Positions 1 through 9,200 of a stretch of 64,000 nt of DNA are shown piece after piece. The stretch comes from Squalus acanthias (lineage: Eukaryota). Below the pieces are notes generated by a model. The model was given only the letters and a program-made list of their open reading frames with translations. It had not been told where the DNA came from and made no database searches. The stretch covers positions 125,800,001 through 125,864,000 of the forward strand of contig CM059431.1 of NCBI GenBank assembly GCA_030390025.1. The letters run 5' to 3'. The translations under genes and the position numbers were made by a program. How positions within the stretch are numbered: the first letter of the stretch is position 1; the number at the start of each line of letters is the position of its first letter.

Positions 1-928
1 CCGTTTACCGACACTTGGGATGGTGCACCCTGTTACTTGCCCTTGTCGGGGCGGCTCGTACCGATTGAGCTCCACCCAACATTCGAATAACCGACCAGTA
101 CGGCTAAGAGTCAAGAGTCAACAAAGTCCAGAGAGAAAATCAAGAGCCCACAAGTCAAGCGAGTTCATGAAGAGGCAAGCGAATAAGATTTCAGCAGTCA
201 GCAGCGAGATAAGAGAATAAGAGCGTTCAGCAGTCAGCATCGAGATAAGAGCCAGCTGGGAGAATAAGAGACCGATGGACATTTGTTCTCTATAGTTATA
301 GTGATGTGTCCCCTTATCTCCCGCTCAAATCTTAATGTTTGTCCTTTGTGTAATATTGGCGCTCAAAACTCCCAGCATGGGGCGGTTATCTTCCATAACA
401 AGTTTCGGTAGCACCTGAAACTGGCCAACTATCCGTTAATGTTTTCCCCATTGTTGAACCAGCCAGGATGTGTATGAATCGTCTCCCTGACTGGTTTCGG
501 GCCCCCCCCCCCCGCCCCCGAATACTTGCTTAATCACCCGTCGATGTCTCTCTCATTGTAGAGCCGGGGGAGTATTTGTGTATTGATGTGTCTGGATGGG
601 CCTTCGATTGCCCAGTACAATGGTCCTTACTGTGCATAGGAAAACGATTCAAGCACTTATATCTTTGCTATTGTTCCAAATGCAAACAGGTTGCATCCTG
701 TCTTTATCAGTGTTTACCGAGTATGATCCAATCTTATACTGAATGTATATTCGACGCCATCTTGTCTGCCCACTGTGTTTCTGGAAGCTTCTGCCACGAT
801 GCGCGGTGGCCATTTTACAGGCTTCTGTGTCCTTTATTATCAGGACAGCATTTTGTTTAATAAAACTGATCAAACGAATCTGCTTTTATCTTGTTATTTT
901 TGAATCGCGATAATTGCGAAACTTTACA
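1..928 (-). mobile_element. LTR (5' portion, cut by window start), same family as solo LTR at 38738-40442
   Basis: Reverse complement of 901-928 reads TGTAAAGTTTCGCAATTATCGCGATTCA, identical to the start of the 38738 LTR. Similarity continues to base 1 (matching ~39540-39567). Confidence 0.9.
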
Positions 929-1149
929 ACAGTATTGTTACTAATTTGGTTAGCCCAAACTATATGTAGATTAAAATCACCCATGATAACTGCTGTGCCC
1001 TTATTGCACGCGTCTCCAATTTCCCGTTTAATGCCATCCCCAACCTCAGCATTATATGATTGGCATTATATGTTTGGCGCAGAGGAGAAAGAAGAAAAAT
1101 TAAGTATTCTATATGGTTATAAATAGCATCAGAACAGAATAAATAACAG

Positions 1150-1597
1150 GAGATATGCCCTACTTTGGAAAGAATGTCAAGGCCGGGGAGAGGCTACAGA
1201 AGAGATTTACTGAGAAGGCTTCAGTTATGAAGGGAGACAACATAAACGGACTATTTTCATGAGGACACAAAATCTCACAGAGGTGCCCAAAATTATGAAG
1301 CTCTTTGAAAGACAACTAAGGAATAAAACTATTTTCGTCAGATCAGTGAGTTAGCAGTTAAAGAAAGTTAACTTAAGACCATCGCCAAAAGACAAATGTA
1401 AAATTAGAGGAATGTTTTTACACAAAGGATTCTTAGGTGGAAAGAGATTTCATAACAGCTTTTAAAAATGAAGTGGTTAAATATTTGAAAAATAAAAAAT
1501 TAAAAGTGTACCGGGATCAGAAAGGAAAATGGAACTCAGTGGATAACTCTTTCAGAGAGCCAGCACAAACGCAATGAGCTAAATTGCATTATTCAGT
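1150..1597 (+). mobile_element. Old degenerate CR1 LINE 3' remnant (tail resumes at ~2337-2372)
   Basis: Degenerate matches to the CR1 ORF2 C-terminal and 3' UTR sequence seen in other copies here. An ATTCTATG-type tail follows the MITE. Confidence 0.55.
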
Positions 1598-2333
1598 GGC
1601 CCGTAATTTCCGATAGGAGGCATCCTGCGTGCGGATGCCTCCTATCGGGAAAAAATCTACGCACTTACTTGAGGGCTCCCGAGGTCCGGACTCTTCCACT
1701 CCTGGGCCTCTCCTGGTGCACGCGCGCAGACGGCCAGGTATCCCAGGGGCGCAGGCGGTTCGCAAGCATCCCTGGGATTACGTGGGCCAGGCGAGCCAAT
1801 AGGAGAAGGGAATCCCCCTTCATACTTTTGACAGGTAGACCTGTCAAAAGTATGAATGGGGATCACTGAAAAAACACATTAAATATATTTTTTTTAAATC
1901 ACGTTTTTAAAATGAGTTAAAATTACATTAAATTAAATATTTTAAACAAAAATTAAATTTTTTGAAAAAAATAATTAAAGTTTTTACGGGGCTAAAAATA
2001 AACTTACCATTTTATAAAGTATTTTGACATTATAAATGAGTGGAAAAAAAATATTTTTTTACTTTTTTAAACTCTTATGCTGGTAAAAGCAGGCCTTACG
2101 CCTGCTTTTACCAGGCGTAAGATTTTTAAGGGATTTCAGCGGGCGGAGGTTCTGCAGAAAGCGGAACTCTCCCCCTGCAGAGGCCCTTCTCCAAGGCAGG
2201 CGTGCGATCTGTCAAGAGGATTCTTGACAGATCGAAGTGCCGGTTTTCAGCATGCATGAAATCGGCACTCGCGAGGTCCCTACGGGTGTGTACACAGCTC
2301 GTACACACCCGTAGGTATCGGAAAATACGGGCC
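1598..2333. mobile_element. Harbinger-type MITE with multiple internal hairpins
   Basis: 18-bp TIRs GGCCCGTAATTTCCGATA / TATCGGAAAATACGGGCC (1 mismatch). 3-bp TSD AGT at 1595-1597 and 2334-2336. No credible ORF. Confidence 0.85.
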
Positions 2334-2372
2334 AGTGTTGTAAACTTCTGTGATTCCATTATTCTATGATTC

Positions 2373-2375
<3 letters not shown>

Positions 2376-2405
<30 letters not shown>
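2376..2405. repeat. (TA)n microsatellite
   Basis: About 15 TA units, read directly. Confidence 0.95.
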
Positions 2406-2410
<5 letters not shown>

Positions 2411-2799
2411 TCAATACTCCTCGTCCGTACAACAGCTACCAGACTCACAGGCCTCGATATTTACGGGGAGGGTATGGGGAAAGCTTAAAAAGGCCGAAGA
2501 GCCTCATTTATTTTTTTATTCGTTCCGGGATGTCAGTGTCACTGGCAAAGCCAGCATTTATTGCCCATCCCTACTTGCCCTTGAGAAGGTGGTGGTGAGC
2601 CACCTCCTTGAACCGCTGCAGTCCTTGTGGTGAAGGTACTCCATCCCACAGTGTTGTTAGGGAGCAAGTTCCAGGAATTTAACCCAGCGATGATGAAATA
2701 ACGGCAATATATTTCCAAGTTAGGATGGTGTGTAACTTGGAAGGGAACTTGCAGGTGATGGTGTTCCCATGCGCCTGCTGCCCTTATCCTTCTAGGTGG

Positions 2800-4452
2800 T
2801 GTAGAATTCGCAATATATCGCGATTTGATTAATAAGGAGAAAACACAGAGTTTCGTTCAAACAGCTTTTATTCCAGCAGAATGCTGCCAGGTGTCTCAAA
2901 GTAGACACAAGCAGCCTGTAAAATGGCCGCCGCACCTCGTGAAAGAACATTCTAGACTTTTTGACAGGCAGACAAGATGGCGTTCCAATAAACATTTGTG
3001 CAAGATCGATTAAGATTCAGCACAGTGAAGATAATACACGAGACATCATGGGTTTGCAGTATACACATAAATACTGAAATCGGTCTCCCAGGTACGAATG
3101 AAAGCTATTGTACGGAGTAATCAAGGGCCCATCCAAAAGACATTAATATGTAAAATCCCAACGACTCTGCGATGAGAGAGCCGTTAGCAGGTAGTTATAC
3201 AAAACACTTGGAAGCCCCAAAACCCCTCCAGGGAGAACACCGACCGATTTAACAATGGGAGAAATATTAACAGGTACTCAGACAGTTACGAGTAGCCCCG
3301 AAACCCATTAAGAACGGAGATCACCCATACAAGACATTTGAGCGCCAAACCCTAACAAAAGAAAGGACATTAAGGTTGGGCGGGAAACGGAAGATTTTGT
3401 ACTATAATTACAAGCTCCAACCGTCCATCTGTCTCTTATTCTCTTATCCGATCGACTCATAACCTCGTGGCTGCTCCTGTGTTTTGACTCGTAGTCTGGT
3501 TCCTGCTTGCCTGGTGCCACTTTGAAAAAGACTGTTGAACTTTTTGATCCGTTCGGATCTACCTCGTGTCGCGTAACGAAGACCTATGTTGGTAACTGGC
3601 AGCGGAACCAAAGGCCTGAGATGAGATGAGATGAGATGAGATGAGATGAGATGAGAAGAGAGGAAGACCATACTCATCGCCACGGTCAGTAAATCCCGAC
3701 CGCGCCTGTAGGTCGAATAGCCAAGTTTTCCTTGCCAGGAAGACTTCTTTGAACTTGCAAGAACGGTTCATCATCGATGATATTGACTGAACTGTGAACC
3801 CTGCTCGGAAAAGTACCTGTTAAACCAACCAACACAGATCTTCATCACAGCAGACGGTCCAGCCTGCTAGCCGGAGTAGAAGCAAGTAAACAAGTGGGAC
3901 CAGGAGATCTCCTGACCGACACGTGGGTGCTGCGGTGAAAAACATCCGTTCAGCTATTCGGAATTTCTCCGAGTTATCACGAGTGGTGAGCATGAGTCTC
4001 GAAATCCTACGAATCTAGTTAGGATAGATATTGATAGGGGAGGGTTTAAGTATTAAGGATACTTGTAATGTGTGCCCCTATTTACGGTGAGTCGTTCGTT
4101 CCTCGTTTCCCTAGGATCAGCTATATAACTGCTTGGAAGATTGTACTGTCATTAATCTGTGCTTATGACATGTATTTCATAATCTTAAATATCATGCAAT
4201 AAAGATTTTCCATTTCGTACCATTCAACCGAGTCTACATGAGTTTCATCTCCATTACTGCTCTCGCATCTAAGTCCAGTGTCTAGAACCGTAAGGGCGAG
4301 TGATTCAAACCACTCACAGGTGTGTCTAGTGCTCCCAGACTGGCTGGAGACCAGAACAGGCAACAAGGCCTAAACCCGCACTGACATACAGGCTGCACAG
4401 AGCCGCGTGAATCTCACAGGCTGCGAGACACGCAGGGTCAGAATCCCTTACA
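2800..4452 (+). repeat. 5' LTR (1653 bp)
   Basis: Starts TGTAG right after the TSD and ends CCCTTACA just before the PBS. AATAAA at 4198, (GAGAT)n at ~3618-3655. Colinear similarity to the solo LTR at 38738-40442. Confidence 0.9.
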
Positions 4453-4456
4453 GAAA

Positions 4457-6265
4457 ATGGCGACCGCGGCAGGACACTGGCAGCGAGAGGGTAGTGTGTT
4501 AGACTTTGGAATGACTGTACGAAATGTTATGCAGGAAAAGATAGCAGATTATGTGTTCGGAAAGGTTAATCTAACTAAGAAATGGATAAGTGAATTGTTA
4601 GCGGATAAAAGCCCGCTAGAGGCAGCCGAAAGGTGGACAGATAGTAAAGAACATAAAAAGACACTCGAGAAAGCAGTCTGGCTTATGTGTTACAAAAGGC
4701 AGGTTCAGATTTCAAACCAGACCATTACAGCGCGAGTAGCTCGAATCAGTCATTTAGAGGGAGAAATGGACGAGAAGGTTTCTGGAGGGGAAATGCTCAT
4801 TAGGAATTTAAGTGCGTTGCACCAAGAAAGCCAGGAAATCTCCAGTCACCATAAAACAAGGATAGATTATCTCGAGTGCCAGGTCACTGAGGCAAAGTTA
4901 AATGAGAGCAGGTTAAAGGAAAGATGTGCCCGCCAAGCTGCCCAGATAAGAACTCAGGAAGAGAGCTTAACGGGGGTTAGGGCGGCATATAAGTTGGCCC
5001 TTGAGGATAAGTTTCAGGGAGCCGACCATAGCGCCTGCCAAAAAGAGATAGAGCACCTCAAAAAGGCCGTAAACAAAGCGCACGGCATGGTGTGCCTTAT
5101 CAGTCCGTCAGCACACCAGCCGTTAGTAAGTGAGAAGTTTAAGAAATCCCCACCAAGTAAAGCAGAGGAAGTAGTAGCCACTGCGCCCTCCGCGCCACCC
5201 AGCTATTCGGAAACCTGGGTTAGGGAGGAAGCAATGGAAGAAACGAAAGAGCCCATTGAGAAAGAAGTGGGAAAGGGACCGTTGTATCCAGTAACGGGTA
5301 TTAAAAGGGGCCCAAACAGAAACGGTGGGGAAGAACCAGGGGATCTCCTCGGACAGCTTGTGTTGCCTCACAGCTCACACCAGCTGAGAGCTATGATAAA
5401 TCACGTACGGAAGCTGACCGAGTCAGACGACCCTTCCGTACATTTCAGGGAAGTTGAGCAAGCCGCAGCCATTAACGGCTGCGATGATGGGGAAACAGCA
5501 AAAATGCTGCTGTTCTCATTAGACAGCTCGGTCCTTCAGTGTCTCTCGGGCGAGAGCAAGAGGGGAACCAAGACTTATGAGGAATTAAAGAATGAGGTCC
5601 TGGAAGTGTTGGGGGCGAACGATGAAGGTCCGTTTGCTAGAGTGGGACAGACAGTGCAGATGGAGGGAGAACCCCCGAAGGTTTTTGCCGACAGGCTGTG
5701 GCCAGTATATGAGCGCAGCTGTCTAGGTGCGCCCGAGCGCGAAGATGTGGAAGGCGCCGGTTTAACTCATTGGCTTAGGTGCATAATAGCCAACAGTTTA
5801 CCAGCCGTCAGAGAGCAGGCAAAAGCATGGTTTGATCCCAATGACCCCAACATTACGGAAGAGTCGGTCTTGAATCGACTCACGTTAGGATATCGCAATA
5901 TAAGGGGTATGGCAACACGTCCCCTTAAGGGAAGAGTACATGAGGTACGACCCGCAGCCCCGTATCAAAGAGAGTGGCATCAGGAGGGTAATCGCGCCCC
6001 ACAGGCAAGTAATGCTTGTTACGGGTGTGGGAAGACAGGGCACTGGCGCAAGCATTGCAGGAACCCTTGGAAAGATTCCAAGGATAAAAATCCCGCGGTC
6101 CGAGCCCAGGCGCCTGTCCCGGCTAGGGAAGCTAATGCACCCACCCCTCCCGACGACATCGAAGTAGTGTTAGGAGCCATGCGCAATCTATTGAGTGCAC
6201 ATGGAAAGGTGGCGGTCGCAACCGGCCCCGTAGGTGCCGCAGGACCGTCTAATAGTACCCCATGA
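4457..6265 (+). CDS. gag: Gag polyprotein (602 aa): coiled coil, late domains, capsid-like region, CCHC zinc knuckle
   Basis: Uninterrupted ORF after the LTR. CYGCGKTGHWRKHC (CX2CX4HX4C) at 6017-6058 and PSAPPSY at 5186-5206. The true start could instead be ATG 4511. Confidence 0.9.
   Translation: MATAAGHWQREGSVLDFGMTVRNVMQEKIADYVFGKVNLTKKWISELLADKSPLEAAERWTDSKEHKKTLEKAVWLMCYKRQVQISNQTITARVARISHLEGEMDEKVSGGEMLIRNLSALHQESQEISSHHKTRIDYLECQVTEAKLNESRLKERCARQAAQIRTQEESLTGVRAAYKLALEDKFQGADHSACQKEIEHLKKAVNKAHGMVCLISPSAHQPLVSEKFKKSPPSKAEEVVATAPSAPPSYSETWVREEAMEETKEPIEKEVGKGPLYPVTGIKRGPNRNGGEEPGDLLGQLVLPHSSHQLRAMINHVRKLTESDDPSVHFREVEQAAAINGCDDGETAKMLLFSLDSSVLQCLSGESKRGTKTYEELKNEVLEVLGANDEGPFARVGQTVQMEGEPPKVFADRLWPVYERSCLGAPEREDVEGAGLTHWLRCIIANSLPAVREQAKAWFDPNDPNITEESVLNRLTLGYRNIRGMATRPLKGRVHEVRPAAPYQREWHQEGNRAPQASNACYGCGKTGHWRKHCRNPWKDSKDKNPAVRAQAPVPAREANAPTPPDDIEVVLGAMRNLLSAHGKVAVATGPVGAAGPSNSTP
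4458..4474 (+). promoter_or_regulatory. Primer binding site, tRNA-Ser-like
   Basis: TGGCGACCGCGGCAGGA lies 5 nt after the LTR end. It resembles the complement of vertebrate tRNA-Ser 3' ends (TGGCG....CGGCAGGA), recalled from memory. Confidence 0.7.
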
Positions 6266-9200
6266 CTAGAACCCGCGCAGCCCGTCTACCTGTGTCCGCT
6301 TAGCTATGATGCGTGGAAGCGACCTTTGGTGGAGATGGAGGTAGAGAAACAGAGGGGTAGTTATTTGTTGGACACGGGAGCTTCTTGCACAATAATCCAT
6401 ACAGATAGCCCTTTTGACTCGCCGCTATCCACCAGGGTCCCATTCACGTTAGCGGGGTTCACAGGAAAAGAACAGGCTGGCACGTTCTCCCTTCCGCTAT
6501 CCATTCGTTTAGGAGCACTTCACCTTAAGTGGAAGTGTATACTGATGGAATGGCAGGAGGGGGGTGGAAGAGGTATTCTCGGGTCTGATCTTCTATCGGG
6601 ACACGGGATCCTCGTGGACCTCAGAAATCACTGTCTCTGGGGTGCTAAGGGTGAAAAAGGCGAGGTAATAGTGATTCCGGGGGAGGAAGAAACAGGGGTC
6701 CTGTGTACCGTACAGCCATCCGGAGGCTACGACCTCAAGCTTATGGTCGCAGATGTCCCAACGGACATGCAAACGTACGTGTCAGATAATATGCACGCGT
6801 TTGCAACCCACAAGCACGATTGTGGGAGGGTTATCGGGTTTGAGGTCAGCGTAGATGGGGACCCCATGACCCGACCCCAAAAGCAGTATAACTTCCCCAA
6901 AGAAGCAGAACCCGATATGGAGACAGCAATGTCCTCCTTGGTGCAGCAGGGCGTGTTGAGGCCGATAGCCACACACGTGAACTCCCCATTATGGCCGGTT
7001 AGGAAGCCGGATAATTCGTGGAGAGCCACGGTGGACTACAGAGTCCTTAACAGTAACATTCCCGCCTGCGCGCCCACGGTAGCAGCAGTTGCTGACCTAA
7101 TAGGGAGCATTCCAGCGTCCGCGACCACGTTCACGGTGCTGGATATCACGAACGGTTTTTGGTCCATCCCGCTGAGGCGAGAGGACCAGTACAAGTTTGC
7201 CTTTACTTTCAAAGGACAACAGTACACATGGAACTGTCTGCCACAGGGTTTCCACAATAGCCCCAGTATTTTCCATCAGTGTATGGCAGGAAGTTTAAAG
7301 GAGTTTAGTCAGCCCAATCAGTTAGTGCAGTACGTGGATGATTTGCTCCTATTTACGGACTCAAGGGAGGAGCATGGACCACTACTGGACGAGTTATTGG
7401 AGCTGCTAGCGAGAAAGGGTTTTAAAATAAATCCTAAGAAAGCACGTATCGGTCAGCGGGAAGTAAAATTCCTGGGACTGACCATACGCGCTGGGGAAAG
7501 AGCCATAGACAAAGCAAGGAGGGAGTCGGTGCAAGAATTACCGATTCCCAACAACGTAAGGGGTGTGAGGTCCTTTTTGGGACTGACCGGTTACTGCAGG
7601 GATATTATCGAAGACTATGCGGCCACAGCAGCGCCGCTCCTCCGACTCCTCCATAAGGGGGTGGAGTGGTCTTGGGACGAGGGCTGCCAAGCAGCCTTCG
7701 AGAAGTTAAAAAGGGATCTGCAGACCGCGCCAGCCTTAGGGGCCATAGATGGGGGGAAGGAGTTTTTCCTGGAGGTATCTGCCAGCGGAGACAGCTTGAG
7801 CGCTGTGCTGCTCCAAGAGCGTCACGGCAAGCTGAGGCCGGTTGTCTATTCATCCAGGGTGTTAACGGATGTGGAGAGAAGTTTCTCCAATTGCGAAAGG
7901 CACCTTTTAGCCACGCATTGGGCTGTGAAAAGATCAGCGATCTTCACAGGGCTCTCTCCCATCACTCTCCTCACACATCACACACCAACTAAGATGCTTC
8001 TGAATGGGAGGATTAAAGATGGGACCGTAAGCAGCGTGCGCATTGCGCGCTGGACCCTTCTTCTCTCCCAGTTGGATCTTAGAGTAAAAGGTCTTTGCGA
8101 GCCCAGGCTTGCGGCCAATTTGGTATACCCCGGTACAGCCCACCGGTGTTCGGTGGAAGGGGTGTGGGACGTCAACATAGGTTTACGGGCCGGGATACAT
8201 CCCACTGGGCGCGAGATTTATGTTGATGGGTCTAGCACAGTATCTGCTGGCGAACGACTCACAGGGTGTGGAGTTTATGACCCTGCGGCAAACCTTGCCC
8301 TGGCGATCAAGCTCCCCAGCACCATGAGCGCGCAGCAGGCTGAGTTGTCTGCCGTGGTGTACGTTGTTACCCACCCAGACATTTTGCCAACCCCATACAC
8401 GATTTGCTCGGACAGTATGTTCACCTGCAAATCGTGTACGGAATACCTAGCCATTTGGTCCCGCCGTGGATACACCTCCGCGGACGGGCGACCTTTAACG
8501 GTGAAGCCCTTGCTGGAAAAGATCTTAGCAGCAGCAGTAGGGGAGAAAGGAGAGATTTTCATCCATAAGGTGAAAGCTCACTCCTCCACAGAGCCCCGTG
8601 GGGAGGGCAACCAGCAGGCGGATGCGCTAGCCAGGGAAGGTGCCCGCAACGGCATTTTCTGGGACCCCTATGGGACCAGACCCATAGCAGCGATCCGAGG
8701 CAGGGACGGGAATCCCGGGAACACCAGGGTAGCATTGCCCCTAGACCTTAAGACCGTCCAAGCCCAGGATCCCGCCCTAAAAGCAGTCCTAAAAACCATT
8801 GCTGAGGGGAGGCAGGTAGAAGGTCCGTACAGTACGGCAACCCTCTCAGTTAAGGAAGGCATGCTGTTCCGCGAGGAGCAGTGGGTTGTGCTGCAGCAGC
8901 ACAGGAGGGAATTCCTCCAGTTGGCTCACGAGGGACCAGGGGCAGGGCACCCCGGGCCCGAGGTTACCTGGCAACGGGTAGAGCAAGCGGGATGGTGGCC
9001 AGGGCTCAGGGAACAAGTCCGCGAGTTCTGTGCAAACTGTCTTGTGTGCGCTGCAAACAACCCAGACCCCCAGAAAAGGAAGGTGCCCATGGGACACGTA
9101 AGAAGGGTAGAGGGACCATGGCAGTCGATACAGATCGACTATATAGGACCCCTGCCCACCACCCAGGGAGGTTATAAATTTTGCCTCGTCTTGGTGGATG

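Noticed and set aside
3618..3655. CRISPR-like or functional repeat array
   Set aside because: It is a simple (GAGAT)n microsatellite without spacers, in eukaryotic DNA.
4163..4366. Identical 67-aa minus-strand ORFs at 4163 and 10681
   Set aside because: The identity simply reflects the LTR duplication. There is no ATG start and no recognisable domain.
3823..4452. Treating the 630-bp direct repeat as the whole LTR
   Set aside because: It has no TG start or TSD at 3823. The TSD, the rejoined host LINE and homology to the solo LTR all place the start at 2800.
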